64,000 nt of DNA from the human T2T-CHM13v2.0 reference genome, Homo sapiens (GCF_009914755.1 NC_060932.1), one strand, 5' to 3'. Shown: positions 26,004 through 42,834, counted from the first letter of the stretch. Notes: a model not told the origin generated them from the sequence alone. Program-made: numbers and translations.

Positions 26004-26210
26004 CAGTGATTCTCTACCAGAGGTGAAATAACCCCACCTAGGGGCTCCTGAGTAAGAAGGAGGGGGCTGGTTGTCATAATAACCAAGAGGAATTTGCTAC
26101 TGCCCTGTAGGGGGTGAGAGCCAAGAAGGTGAAATGCCCTACAATGAGTGGACAGTCCACGCGATGAAAAACGGCCCAACCCAAGATGCTAATATTACCT
26201 CTATGAAGAA
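26004..26210. mobile_element. MER20-like hAT-Charlie element
   Basis: CAGTGATTCTC start; GGTTGTCATAAT; CCCTACAATGAGTGGACAGTCC. Confidence 0.65.
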
Positions 26211-27479
26211 GTCAAACAGATTGACTTAGAAGACAATGTTTAATAAAGAGAGAAAGAACAAAAGGCACTATTATCTCTCTAAGTTACGTATGAACAAACT
26301 AGGAAATAAAATGTTCTGTTGAAAGATGGCTGATGATTGAAAGCAATGTTAATTGTCACTTAACCTCTTTGTGACAATTCCTTCATCTCTAAGTGGGAAT
26401 GGTAGTAATTATTTCATAGAGCTATTAAGATTTCATTGAGTTAATATATTTAAAGCATGTTCAATAATACCTGGCACATAGCAATCCCTAAATAGGGCTT
26501 ATGTATTTTATTATTTCTAAGAAAAAAAATTGAACTGTAAAGATTTCCTTGGAAGAAAAGTAATTTTTATCTTTGCTTTTGAACAGAAGGCAACCAACAT
26601 CTGTTCAAATAGCCTTGCTTCCATAATGAAAAGGTTTTCATCATTACCGTAGATGTTTTTCTCCTCTCTAGCTCCCAAATCCCACCCATTCACAGAAATG
26701 TGCAGGGAATGTCCTTTCCACCAGACCCCAGTGCTTCTCCAAGCAGAGACGGCACAGCCCAAGGGGATTGAGAAAGAACAAGCTGTCTCTGCTAAAACCT
26801 GTCTCCCAGAAATCATCAGACCTGCTCTGGCCCCAGCTGTACTCTGAAGCCACAACTTAGGTAATTAGCAGTGGCCTCTGCCAACCTGTTGAGTTCACAA
26901 CTCCTGGTTCTGCACTGCTCCAGAACCTCCTGAGTCAACTCTGATGCCATGGCATATGGTCTGCAATTTTGCCTGGGATTCTTTGTTGGGGATGGCTCCA
27001 AGAAGTTTATAGGGGGTGCAGCCTATCGGTACCACAGGGCCTGACATCTCCCACGTTGCGGACTGGTCCCTTAGCATCTCCTAGGACACTGCACAGATGG
27101 TGCAGGTATAGCCATTTGATATGACAGGACTCTCCAGCTTCATTTTACCATAAACGAAGAGACTTGGAAGATTTTCAGAGTACAAAGCTAATGACAGTTT
27201 GAGGAATCCCATAATTTACATGCTGATTATGTCTTAATCCATTGACAAAAACAAGGCATATAAACAAACACCTAGTTTTTAATCCCAGGAGCCTAATTGC
27301 AAGTCAGTACATCAGTCTTAACAATGAGGGGGTTAGAGGGAACTGAATCCAAGGTGAAGAATGTTTTCTAAACTCTCCTGCGGGCTCCACATCCACCTAA
27401 GGAAAAAAAAGTGTCCTGACTCTGTAGAAAAAATATATTCCCTTTTAATAGTATGTACCAATAAGAAAAAGTAATTAAA

Positions 27480-27703
27480 ATTGGTTAGAATCTTGGCTCT
27501 ACTACTTACAAGGTATGAGATTTATGCAAGTTTTTGGGCTTCTCTGAGGCTCAATTTCTTTCTTGTTAATTAAGATAATAGTATTGACTGCCTGATAAGA
27601 TTGCCATGAAGATTAAACGTGATAATGTACTTCAGCATTTAACAAGTACCTGGCACACAGAAAATCCTCAATAAAAGCGGCCATTATTATAACTATTATT
27701 ATT
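27480..27703 (+). mobile_element. MIR SINE
   Basis: AATCTTGGCTCTACTACTTAC ... CCTGGCACACAGAAAATCCTCAATAAA. Confidence 0.8.
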
Positions 27704-27711
27704 TTCATTAG

Positions 27712-28033
<322 letters not shown>

Positions 28034-28182
28034 TAATTTTTTTATTACATTGCCTCTCAACCAAATAATTGTGGGTTCACTATTTTTTAATTTACCAAAT
28101 ATTGACTGATCACCTACTATGTGTTAGGGACTACACATGATGGAGACAGACAAGTTCTCTCCTCTAATGAGGTTTACATTCT

Positions 28183-28195
28183 TCTCTCTCTCTCT

Positions 28196-28242
<47 letters not shown>
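28183..28242. repeat. (CT)n(GT)n microsatellite, about 22 GT units
   Basis: Directly visible. Confidence 0.97.
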
Positions 28243-29480
<1,238 letters not shown>

Positions 29481-29837
29481 GTGGCAAGAGACAATCAACT
29501 AAGAGATAGATAGGACTCTGCCCTTTTACAAAATGATAAATGCTGTGATGAAAATGATAGAGTAGTACCAATAAGAGTAACAGATGTGGTGGCCATATTT
29601 GATAGGTTGGTAAGGGAGGCCTCTCAGAAGAGGAAACACCATGCTAAGTGCAAGGAGTATATGAATCATTGAAACCCTAAGCACTACGCAGTACATTCTT
29701 CATTTTATGGAAAAATATGCTGACGGAGAGTGAGATTAAATCATTTGCCATAGTCACCCAGCAAAAAAAATGGTAGAGCTAGAATTCTAACTTAATCTGT
29801 CTCATCACCCCAACATCCCTTACCTGTTTCAATCTGG

Positions 29838-30032
29838 TCCATGCTGTCCAACAGAACTTCCCAAGGACGGTTCAATTTCTGTGCTATCCTCTGGTGCATA
29901 TGTGACTATGGAGTGCTGGAAATATGACTAGAGAGACTGAGAAACTGAATTTTTTTTGTCTTATTTAATTTTCATCATTTGAATTCAAACAGTAACATGT
30001 AGCTAATGGCTTCTATCTTCCACAGTGAAGGT
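29838..30032. mobile_element. MER3-like hAT-Charlie element
   Basis: GCTGTCCAACAGAACTT ... GACTGAGAAACTGAATTTT ... CATGTAGCTAATGGCT. Confidence 0.75.
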
Positions 30033-30679
30033 CTAGGATTTCTTTCTTGTGTGACACCCCCCATCACTTGGGTTTCTTCCTGACGTTCTGAAGCTTTCTG
30101 GACTCCACTTTCTAAGAAAGATGTCATCTGGCAGCAAACACACCTGCTAACGATTAGCTACATTCAACCCCCCACAGGCCTGTGTCACTATAATTAGTCA
30201 CTGTGTTCCAAAAATGGATATTAATTATGTCTTTATTTCATTTTATATTTTACTTACATGTTTTTTAATGTTAAAAAAACTGCAATATTTTAGGCACACC
30301 CAAATGCCGGAAGCTTATTAAACCAAAGGTGCAAGGGAGAATGCTGATTGAGACCACATGGGCATTTTCTTAGAACAAACCTTAGAGGAAAGAAAGGCAG
30401 TGTGAAGGGAAAGCCTCTGCCTCATCAAATGGCTGCAACTTTAATTATTAAGAAGTAAGCGATGCTGTTAGGCAAACCTTACAGACAGTGACCATGGGTG
30501 GATTGACTTATTTTACTCTTTCTGCATCAAGTCCCAAAAGCAAAGATCAGCATTGCAAATAATAAAACAATGCCACAGTCCAAAACCATACTCTGGAACC
30601 TTCTGTATTCTGATTGACTGACATGAGTCATGCTCTGTGAACAGAACACAGCTCATGTGTGATTCAAAATCCATGAGTT

Positions 30680-30860
30680 TCAGACCCAGCACAGCCACCC
30701 AAATTTGCTAAATGACTTGGGAAAATCATTTACCTCTCTGAGCTCAGCTTACACATAATGTAGAATGAAGATAAAAACAGAACCAGCTGTTTTGGTGTTT
30801 GTTGAAAATTAAACAAGATAATAATTGTGTAGAATGTAGCATGACATTTGATATTAATAT
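30680..30860 (+). mobile_element. MIR SINE
   Basis: TGACTTGGGAAAATCATTTACCTCTCTGAGCTCAG. Confidence 0.7.
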
Positions 30861-32521
30861 CGAATATGCAAAAATGAAGAGATTAAGAAGGGAAGGTGGC
30901 TGACTAGACACAGCCAGGTGGAACAGCTGCCACCGAGAGACTGAGACAACTGGTGCACTCCTAACAGATCTTCAGAGGGAAGGCATTGAGAGTGCATGGA
31001 GGGAACACACACAAGCTGGGCTGAAGGGGGAGGAAGCTGGGAACCCTGCACAGGACTACTGCGCACTGGGAAACTTGTTCCTGGCCCCCAGTGACCCCAA
31101 GGGAATGGGTGAATTGAACTGGCAAGGACTAATTTGCTCTTGCCACTGGCCTCTGGAATCCCAGCAGAGGAAATTCCTTAACCACCATAGACACTTGAGT
31201 TGGCAGAGAGGGCTGCTTAGAGAAATGATAGGAGTAACACACCAGCTAATGCAGAGCCCAGAGGTTTCGTGTGGGAGCATCTGTAGTGGAGCACAGCCAA
31301 GGAAGCCCATCTCTCTAAGCTTGACTTGCTCCCATAAGAGACTTTAGCCCTAGGGGAACTGTCCTATCTGAACTCTGTAGGGTGGCCTTGCCCATAAGAT
31401 GAAGCCAGTCCTATCTGAGCCCCCTTTGGCCTGCTGGCCTCTCCCAGGGCCTCAGCCTGACTGCACCTGCTTGCAGGGCAGCCTCAGGTGGGAGGAAAGG
31501 GGAGGGACCTGCATTATAGCTCCTGCACTGGCAGACTGTGCCTGACCAGTGAAGAGAGCTCCAGCAGGATGGCCCCCAGCAACACAACAACCCACCCACT
31601 CCCTCCCCACACTGCAGCTTCCTCCAGGCCCATGGCAAGCCCTCACATTGCTTTGCCAACATGTGTATGTGCTTGTGGGTTTTGCCTTCCTTGCCCAGTC
31701 AGCACGCCTAATGTGCATTCACTCTGCCCTGTCACTGCTGAGAGAGTGCACTCCACCTCCCACACACCTCCCCGACCCCCAGACCACCATTGCACTTGGA
31801 GCCTTGGTAGGCACAGAGCTAGCCAGCCCTGACCCTGCCTGCACCCAGCCCTTGCAGGAACTAGGCACAGGGAACAGCAGACCCTCCCCCACTCTGAGCT
31901 ACCTTCTCTGCCTGCCTGTGGTGCACAGAGAGGCCTGCTCCCACCTGCACCCCGCCCTCATGCTAAAATCACTGTTAGCCCATCAGTTAACACAGTTACC
32001 AGCAGGGGGCTCCCACCCACTGCCCCAGCCATGCTGCCTCTGCCACTGTGGTGAACGTCCATATAGCCCCAGGCACCCTGGCATCAATTAGCACCCTGCT
32101 GCAGCAAAAGAGCATGCACCCTGACACTCTGCCACTACCGCTGCTGCTGGCACATGTAGATGAGAACAGATCCCACTGCCATAGCATGACAAAATGCTTT
32201 GGATGACACCACCCATCAGAATGTAGTGACCACCAGTCTGGAAGCACCTCAGGGGCTATCCCCATTGCAGTGGATTCCTAACCTTGAGAAGCCAGAGAGC
32301 AATGTCGGAGCCCGATACAAGTCCTCTATAGTCAGAGCACACAGTCCAGGAGTCAAGAGCTGAGGATTGACCACCTAAAATCTTTCAGAAACAAAGCCAG
32401 TTAGCTGAATCCACCTTATACCACAATCACATCTTCAACATCATCAAATAGGATAAAAGGAAAAAAAAATTCATCCAAAGTTCTGCAACTTCAAAGACTG
32501 AAGAAACATCAACCTACAAAG

Positions 32522-33528
32522 ATGAGAAAGAACCAACGCAAGAACTCTGACAACACAAAAAGCCAGAGTGCCTTCTTTCCTCCAAATGACTGCACCACCT
32601 TTCCAGCAAGGGTTCTGAACCAGGCTGTGAGGGCCGATATGACAGAAATAGGATTCAAAATATGGATAGGAATGAAGATCATTGAGCTACAGGCATACAT
32701 TGAAACTCAATTCAAGCAAGCTAAGACTCACAGTAAAATGATACAGGAGCTGACAGACAAAATAACTAGTATAGAAAGAACATAACCAACCTGATACAGC
32801 TGAAAACACACCACATGCATTTTATAATGCAATTACAAGTATTAATAGCAGAATAGACCGAGCTGAGGAAAGAATATCAGAGCTTGAAAAATGGCTTTCT
32901 GAAATAAGATAGTCAGATAATAATAGAGAAAAAAATGGAAAGTAATGAACAAAACCTCCAAGAAATATGGGACTATGCAAAGAGACCAACTCTATGACTT
33001 ATTGGGGACCCTAAAAGAGATTGGGAGAGTGTAAGCAACTTGGAAAATATATTTCAGGATATCATCCATGAGAATGTCCCCAACCTAGTTACGTGCCAAC
33101 ATTCAAATTCAGGAAATGCAAAGAATCCCAGTAAGATACTGCACAAGAAGATCATCCCCAAGATACATAATTATCAGTTTCTCTGAGGTTGAAATGAAAG
33201 AAAAAATGTTAAAGACAGCTAGAGAGAAAGGTCAGGTAACCTACAAAAGTCAGGTAACCTACAAATAACTATCAGACTAACAGCAGAAACCCTACAAGCC
33301 AGAAGACATTGGGGGCCTATATTCAATATTCTTAAAGAAAAGAAATTCCAACCTAGAATTTCATATTCAGCCAAACTAAGCTTCATAAGTGAAGGAGAAA
33401 TAGAAACCTTTTCAGACAAGCAAATGCTGAGGGAATTTATTACCAGACCTACCTTACAAGAATTCCTGAAGGAAGCACTAAATACGGAAGGGAAAAACCA
33501 TTACCAGCACTACAGAAACACACTTAAG
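32522..33528 (+). pseudogene. Disrupted L1 ORF1p
   Basis: MRKNQRKNSDNTKSQSAFFPPND... start; later ARRHWGPIFNILKEKKFQPRISYSAKLSF; stops and frameshifts. Confidence 0.9.
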
Positions 33529-34000
33529 CACAAAGACCAGTGACACTATAAAGCAACCACACAAGTCTGTATAATAATCAGCTAATATCATGAGGATAGG
33601 ATCAAATTCACACATGTCAGTACTAACCTTGAATGTAAATGGGCTACATGCCCCAAATAAAATGCACAGAGTGACATGCTGTATAAAGAACCAAGACCCA
33701 TTGGTGCGTTGTCTTCAAGAGACCCATCTCACGTGCTTAGACATCCATAGGCTCAAAATAAAGGGATGGAGAGAAATCTACCAAGCAAATGGAAAACAGA
33801 AAAAAAAGCAGGGGTTGCAATCCTAACTTCAGACAAAACAGACTTTAAACCAGCAAAAAACAAAAAAGGCAAAGAACATGACATAATAAATAAAGGGTTC
33901 AATTCAACAAGAAGATCTAACTATGCTAAATATATATGCACCCAAGACAGAAGCACCCAGATTCATAAAGCGAGTTTCTAGACACTTTCAAAGAGACTTA

Positions 34001-34335
<335 letters not shown>

Positions 34336-34606
34336 TTGTGGGAAACTTCAACACCCCACTGACAGTATTAGATATATCATTGAGGCAGAAAATTAACAAG
34401 GATATTCAGGACCTGAACTCAGCACTGTATTAAATGCACCTGATAGACCTCTACAGAACACTCCACCCCAAAGCAACAGAATATACATTTTTCTCATCAC
34501 CATATAACACATACACTAGAATCAACCCCATAATTGGATACAAAACACTCTTCAGCAAACACAATATAAGTGAAATCATAACAATCACTCTCTTGGACCA
34601 CAGTGC

Positions 34607-35006
34607 TAGTAAAAGAAAACCTTCAGGTGAATTAAATTTAAAGGAGTTTAATTGAGCAATGAATGATTCACAAATAGGGCAGCCCCCAGAATCAGCAGAT
34701 TCAGAGAGACTCCAGCACAGCCACATGGTGGAAGAAGATTTACAGACAAAAAAAAAGGGAAATGACGTACAGAAATTGGAAGCAAGGTACAGAAACAGCT
34801 GGATTGGTTACAGGTTGGTGTTTGCCTTATTTGAACATGGTTTGAACAGTTGGTTACATTTGATTGCCCAGTGCTCAGTAATTGGCACAGGTGTGGGCTA
34901 TGGTCAGTTTTCACTTCCACTTGTTATAGTTCATGATGTACTGAAAAAACTTTTAGGCCTAACTTAAATATGTAAGGAGGCAGCTTTAGGCTAAACTTGA
35001 TTAACA
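34607..35006 (-). mobile_element. MER57-like ERV1 solo LTR inserted in L1 ORF2
   Basis: Ends AAATATGTAAGGAGGCAGCTTTAGGCTAAACTTGATTAACA, the reverse complement of the recalled MER57 5' end; L1 sequence is contiguous across it; TSD GTGC / GCAC. Confidence 0.85.
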
Positions 35007-37507
35007 GCACTATCAAATTAGAAATCAAACTAAGAATTTCACTTTAAACCATAGAATTACATGGAAATTGAATAATGTGCTCCTAAATGACTTTTGGATA
35101 AATAATGAAATTAAGTCTGAAATCAAGAAATCATTTGAAACTAATGAGAACAAAGACACAACATACCAGAATCTCATGGACTTAGCTAAGGCAGTGTTAA
35201 GCAGAAAATTTATAGCACTAAATGATCATATCAAAAAGTTAGAAAGATCTCAATCTGACAACCTAACATCACAACTAAAAGAATTGGAGAACCAAAAGCA
35301 AACATATCACAAAACTAGCACACAACAAGAAATAATCAAAATCAGAGCTGAACTGAAGGAGACTGAGACATTTAAAACTATTCAAAAGATTAATAAATCT
35401 AAGAATTGGTTTAAAAAAATTGGTCAAATAGGTAGACTGCTAGCTAGGCTAATGAAGAAAAGAGAGAAGATTCAAATAAACATGATTAGAAACAACAAAG
35501 GGGATATTACCACTGACCCCACAGAAATACAAGTAATCATTAGAGAATATCATGAACACCTCTGTACACATAAACTAGAAAACCTAGAAGAAATGGATAA
35601 ATTCCTAGACACATACACCCTCCCAAGACTGAGCTGGGAAGAAATTAAATCCCTAAAAAGACCAATAGTGAGCTTCATAATTGAGTCAGTAAAAAATAGG
35701 CTACCGACCAAAACAAATCCAAGACGAGACAAAGTAACAGCCAAATTCTACCAGATTTACAAAGAGCTGTACCATTGCTAATGAAAATATCCCAAAGAAC
35801 TGAAAAGGAGAGATCCTTCCCTAACTCATTCTATGTGGTCAGCATCATCCTGATACCCAAACCTGGCAGAGACACAACAAAAAAAGAAAACTCCAGGCCA
35901 ATATCCTTGACGAACATTGATGCAAAAATCCTCAACAAAATACTAGCAAACAGAATCCAGCAGCACATCAAAAAGCTCATCCACCATGATAAACTAGGCT
36001 TTTTCCCTGAGACGCAAGCTTGGTTCAACATATACAAATTTAAAAATGTGAATCATCACATAAACAGAACTAAAAACAAAAACCACATAATTATCTCAAT
36101 ACATACAGAAAAGGCTTTCAATAAAATTCAACATCCTTTCATATTAAAAACTCTCAATTAACTAGGTGTTTAAGGACATACCTCAAAATAATAAGAGCCA
36201 TCTATGACAAACCCACATCCAACATCATACTGAGTGGACAAAAGCAGGAAGCGTTCCCCTTGAAAACTGGAACAAGACAAGGTTGTTCTTTCTCACCACT
36301 TCTATTCAACATAGTACTGGAAGTCCTTTTCAGAGCAATTAGACAAGAGAAATAAATAAAGAGCAACCAAATAGGGAGACAGAAAGTCAGACTAACCCTG
36401 TTTGTAGACATGACACTATATCTAGAAAACTCCATAGTATTGGCCCCAAAACTCATTAAGCTAATAAACAACTTCAGCAAAGTCACAGGATACAAATCAA
36501 CAAACAAAAATCTGTAGCATTTCTATACACCAACAACATCAAAGTCAAGAGCCAAATCAAGAACACAATCCATTCATAATTGCCACAAAAATAATAAAAT
36601 ACCTAGGAATACAGCTAACCAAGGAGGTGAAAAACCTCTACAAGGAGAACTACAAAGCACTACTCAAAGAAATCAGAGATGACACAAACAAATTTGTAAA
36701 AAATTCCATGTTCATGGATAGGAATAATCAATATTGTTAAAATGGTTATACTGCCCAAAGCAATGTATATATTCAATGCTATTCCTATTAAACTACAAAT
36801 GACATTCTTTAAAGAACTAGAAAAATCTATTTAAAAAGTCATATGGAACTAAAAAAGAGCCCAAATAGCCAAGGTAATCCTAAGCAAAAAGAACAAAGCT
36901 GGAGGCATCATGCTACCCAATTTCAAACTATACTACAAGATTACAATAACCAAAACAGCATGGTATTGGTACAAAAACTGACACATAGACCAATGGAAGA
37001 GAATAGAGAGCTCAGACGTAAGGCTGCACACCTACACTATCTGCTCTTGGACAAAGCTGACAAAAATAAGCCATGGGGAAAGGACTCTCTATTCAATAAA
37101 TGGTATTGGGGTAACTAGCTATTTGCAGAATATTGAAACTGGACCCCTTCCTGACACCAAATGCAAAAACTAACTCAAGATGGATTAAAGACTTAAATAT
37201 AAAACCCAAGACTACAAAATCCCTGAAAGACAACCTAGGCAATACCATACACAGGAATCCACAGGAATCCACAAAGGAATCCATACACAGGAATCCACAA
37301 AGATATCATGACAAAGACACCAAAAACAATTGCAACAAAAGCAAAAATTGACAAATATGATCTAATTAAGCTAATGAGCATCTGCACAGAAAAAGAAATT
37401 ATCATTAGAATAAATAGACAACCAATAGAACAGGAAACAATTTTGCAAACTATGCATCTGAGAAAGGTCTAGTATCCAGCATCTACTAGGAACTTAAACA
37501 AATTTAC

Positions 37508-37539
<32 letters not shown>

Positions 37540-38996
37540 AGAAAAACAAACAACAAAAAACAACTCCATTAAACAGTGGGGAAAGGACATGAACAGACAT
37601 GGTATTGGTACTTTTCAAAAAAAAAGACATACATGCAGCCAACAAACATATGAAATAAAGCTCAACAGCACTGATCATTAGAGAAATGCAAATCAAAACC
37701 ACAATGAGATACCATCTCACACCAGTCAGAATGGCTACTATTAAAAAGTCAAAAATAACAGATGCTGGTGTGGTTGCAAAGAAAAAGAAACACTTATACA
37801 CTGTTGGTGGGAGTGTAAAAATTAGTTCAGCTGCTGTGGAAAAAGAGTCTGGTGATTTCTCAGAGAACTCAAAGCAGAATTACCATTCGACCTAGCAGTC
37901 CTATTATTGGGTATATACCCAAAGGAATATAAATTGTTCTACCATAAAGACTCATGCACGCATAGGTTCATTGCAGCACTATTCACAATAGCAAAGACAT
38001 GGAATCAACTTAAATGCCCATCAGTGCTGGACTGGATAAAGAAAATGTGGTACATATACACCATGGCATACTATGCAGCCATAAAAAAGAATGAGATCAT
38101 GTCATTTGCAGGAACATGGATAGAGCTACAGGCCATTATCCCTAGCAACCTAATGCAGAAACAGGAAACCAAGTGCCACATGTTCTCACTTATAAGTGGG
38201 AGCTAAATGATGAGCAGACATGGACACATAGAGGAGAACAACAGATACCAGGGCCTACTGGAAGGTGGAGGGTGGGAGGAGGGAGATCAGGAAAATTAAC
38301 TAATGAGTACTAGGCTTAATACCTGGATGACAAAATCATCTGTACAACAAATCCCTGTGATAAGAGTTTACCCATATAATAAACCTGCACATGTAACCCT
38401 GAACCTAAAATAAAAGTTTAACAAAAGAAAGATAGTAACAACCCTCACCTCACTAAAAAGTATCATCACTAAAAAGTAGTAAATGTTCAAAACAAGTGTT
38501 TTGATGATAATTAAGAAATTATCGTTTTCATTCCATGGCCATCCTTCCTTCTGGATTTTAATAAATATTTAAAAACAAAGGCAGAGCACATAATTCACAT
38601 GAGATACTCAGCTAGATGTTTCAGTGTGGCATACTGAGTTCTCACGACAATCCTGTAAAATACAGGGGGATCTCCACAAGGATACTGAAACTGAAACACA
38701 GGAAGGTTAAGATATTATGCAAAGACACACACAACCAGGTGGTCCAACTCAAATTTCTGTCTATTCTCTCTCTCTCTCTGCATTACCAATAATTCTTGAT
38801 TAAGGTCTTCACTAGTGTTCTTGAATCTTTTAACCTTATCTTAAAAATGATTTTATCTTAATGAATGTATTTTTTTCTTCATATGGACTTTAAGTCACAA
38901 TGCATATTTTTGACAATTCTTGTTCTATCTCTGTCTCTCTCTCTTTCCAATTTAGTCATCTTTCTCTAGGGCTTACCACTATATTGCATTAGGCTC

Positions 38997-39333
38997 TGTT
39001 AAAAAATAAACTTAGGTACATTAACATTTTAAAGGTTTATTTGAGCAAACAGGAATGCATGAATTGGTCAGTGCCAAACCACAGGCAGTTTGGACTCCAC
39101 CGAGAAAATGACAGGGTAAAACTTTTATAAGGTGCTGGAAGAAGTGAAACAAAGAAAATATTTGATTGGTTAAAGCAGAAAGTCCCTAGTTAAAGATTGC
39201 TTAGTCGTTTCTGATTAGTTAAGCTTGTTTTGTTTTACTATTTACAGTGAGATGAGTTTCAGTTTGCTTACATAGGAACCCAAAGCATTGAAGTCGGCTC
39301 AGCCCAATGACCTCCCAATTAATTATTTTCACA
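38997..39333 (-). mobile_element. MER93-like ERV1 solo LTR
   Basis: TGTT...CA termini; 4-bp TSD GCTC / GCTC; CTCAGCCCAATGACCTCCCAATTAATTATTTT end. Confidence 0.8.
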
Positions 39334-39341
39334 GCTCCACC

Positions 39342-39759
<418 letters not shown>

Positions 39760-39862
39760 TAACTTGACTCCAACAGTTCATGCGGTAACAGCTCCCTTAA
39801 AAGTCTCAACAAATATTTCTGGATCTTCCTAGCAGGTATCTCTCATGTACTCAGGAATATAA

Positions 39863-39897
39863 TAGATGATAGACAAATAGATGATATACAGATAGAT

Positions 39898-39953
<56 letters not shown>
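39863..39953. repeat. (GATA)n tetranucleotide STR, 14 pure units at 39898-39953
   Basis: Directly visible. Confidence 0.97.
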
Positions 39954-40294
39954 TGGAGATAAAGCTTCCCTGTGGTGTCTTATTTCCCTCTTTGTCCCAT
40001 CACAGTGGGTGTCACCATGTCAGCCTGCCATCCCTGTCCTTTGGGCTGTGTCAACCTATAATAAGAACATCTGGATGCGTCAGGCATGACCAGACCCTGC
40101 CATAGATGCACGGGAACCCTCGGGAGGGCAAGCCTGGCAGTGCTGTGGGAACATGTGGCTCATTTTTTTCTGAGAGGGCAAAGCAGAGCCACTGGGTGAC
40201 TTGCAGCATTTTAAAATGAGAGAATGTCTCTTTTGCTCTGACTTACACTGCTAACTGCATCTCCCTCTCCATCTCAGTAGGACTCAATCATACA

Positions 40295-40620
40295 CAGATG
40301 CTCCCCAACTTACAATGGGATTATGTTCTAACAAACCCATCATTAGATGAAAATGTCCTAAGTCAAAAACGCATTTAATACATCTAACCTACTGAACAGA
40401 GTAGCTTAGCCTAACCTATCTTAAACATGCTCAGAACACTTACAGTAGCCTACAGTTGGGCAAAATCATCTAACATGAGCCTATTTTATAATAAAGTATA
40501 GAATACTTCATGTAATTCACCAAATATTCAAATACAGCTTCTGCTGAATGCATATCACTTTTGCACCATCCTGAAATCCAAAAATCCTAAGTCAAACCAT
40601 GGTAAGTCAGGAACCATCTG
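40295..40620. mobile_element. MER47A-like Tigger MITE
   Basis: TIRs CAGATGCTCCCCAACTTAC ... GTAAGTCAGGAACCATCTG followed by TA. Confidence 0.88.
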
Positions 40621-41614
40621 TATTTATGGGAACCTAGTTTGAAAAACTAATGTCAGTGAAAAATATTACAACAGCCCATGAATTTTGCATCCATCCTGAG
40701 GAGGAAGGTAAACTGGTCCCCTAGAATAATTTCCCCAATTCTTCCTTATGTGTCTCATCAGATCCTGAAGTATCAGGGGTTCAGGGAGACTCACATCTCA
40801 GTTATTCAAACAAGCCCAGGTAAATTTTCCCCAGGCTCAAGCCAAAGCTTGCCTCTTAAAAACTGCTAAAAAAAATCTAAAATTCATTTCTAGGACCAAA
40901 CACATACAAGGAATTCTGATTTGCATGAGAGAGAGTACAATTCACCCTCAACCAACCCAGCACAGAGATGTCTTTCAACACCAACGCACTTTAACATGTA
41001 TACCCCACTCACTGTTTAATTCCTGTACCCAGAGTCATACAGTTCTGTCATCATAGAAAACACCTCTGGGCAAACTAATTTTTCTTGAAGCCCAGCAAAT
41101 AGTAACAACCTCCCACACCCTTTCAAAGACCTGCTCAACAGGCAGGTTTTTGTTGCGTGAAGTGGGAGTAGTGGTTGACTTTGCAAGCATCATCAACCTT
41201 CACGATGCACAATCTAAGCTTGTGGTGGATCAATGTAGCCCCCAAACACCTCCATAATAGTGATAATTGTAACAGCTCTGTATAATACAACATAGTTTTC
41301 AAAATAAATGAGAGATATGCTGAGACAAAATACGAGAATGCTGAGACATGGGTTAGGTTATTTGTCCAAGGCAAGCTGGGATGCAAAGCAAAGTCTGGGT
41401 GCTTGCCATTTATTCACTGTTCTCCCCATTCCCCTCCCACCTCCTTCTATCTTCTATTGAAATTACAATTTCAGGCCTGGCCCTGATTTCTACTTTGGGA
41501 GGATCCCATGGTTTTGTACTTTTAGCACTAATTTTTCAATGTAGGTTTCCTAATCATTTACCCTGAGTGATTCAAAAGAAACATAAGGTAGATTCTTACC
41601 TTTGAAAAGCTTTC

Positions 41615-42028
41615 CCAAATGTCCATTAATGATAGACTGGATTAAGAAAATGTGGCACATATACATCGTGGAATACCACGCAGCCATAAAAAAGGATGAG
41701 TTCATGTCCTTTGTAGGGACATGGATGAAGCTGGAAACCATCATTCTCAGCAAACTATCGCAAGGACAAAAAACCAAACACCGCATGTTCTCACTCATAG
41801 GTGGGAATTGAACAATGTGAACACTTGGACACAGGAAGGGGAACATCACACACCAGGGCCTGTCGTGGGGTGGGGGGAGGGGGGAGGGATAGCATTAGGA
41901 TATATACCTAATGTAAATGATGAGTTAATGGGTGCAGCACACCAACATGGCACATGTATACATATGTAACAAACCTGCACATTGTGTACATGTACCCTAG
42001 AACTTAAAGTATAATAAAAAAAAAAAAA
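41615..42028 (+). mobile_element. 5'-truncated L1PA4/5-like 3' end
   Basis: ORF2 C-terminus ([14 protein letters not shown]...FSLIGGN), 3' UTR, poly(A); TSD GAAAAGCTTTC (41604-41614) / GAAAATCTTTC (42029-42039). Confidence 0.96.
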
Positions 42029-42834
42029 GAAAATCTTTCAGTCTAGTTGAGGCTGTGACCAATGTCCAAGAAACAAACTGAGAGTAACGTTTATTGACAT
42101 CAGTGTGGGCCAGCAGAAATAGGCATTTTAAAAAGGAGAGGTCACTGCCAGAAGGAGACACTTTAAGAAAATAAATCTCTTGTGTTTCTCTTTTTACCTT
42201 AGTTTCCAGAAAGCTCAAAACCAGATCTGAAGTTTAATTATCTCAATTTATAATTTCCCTTGAAGTATACATAGCTGTGATATTTTCATGCTCTCACGGC
42301 ACTAGGGTGTGGCGGGGCAGGGTAATTTGTTATTTCTATTTTATATCTTTGCTGTTATTTTTTCTACTGACATCATAATGAAAATATCTGAGATAAAAGC
42401 TAATAATAATATTATAATAATAAACTAAAACTGTTAAGGAATACCCATTATAAATTTATATATACTTATACTAACTTATAAAATTTTTGCAACAACTTGT
42501 AAAAGTGAATACACCACAAAGTCTGACAATTAGGCAAAAGCATAGACTAGAAATTAAGTTAAGAAGCAACAGCAAATTATTCCAAGTGCTTGAAGTTAGC
42601 TGATTACTATAATCGACCATAATTTTTTTTCTTTAAATTTGATAACAACTGATATGTGGGAAGAAGGAGAAAAATAAACAAATACATTATATTTATTTTC
42701 TGATGAAAGACCACATGCCAACGTGACCAGTTCATACTAAGCTCAGCAGAAAAGCTTTGAGCATGTATTGAGTGCCCAGGACATATGCATAAATAAAAAA
42801 GGTTAATTTCCATAGTAAAGTGTTTCCCATGCAA

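Noticed and set aside
31056-32265. Cluster of ORFs in GC-rich DNA as a gene or CpG-island promoter
   Set aside because: This is the CpG-depleted 5' UTR of the old L1; long ORFs are expected from GC content.
35068-36161. 237-aa and 128-aa ORFs as a host gene or active RT
   Set aside because: They are fragments of the frameshifted L1 ORF2.
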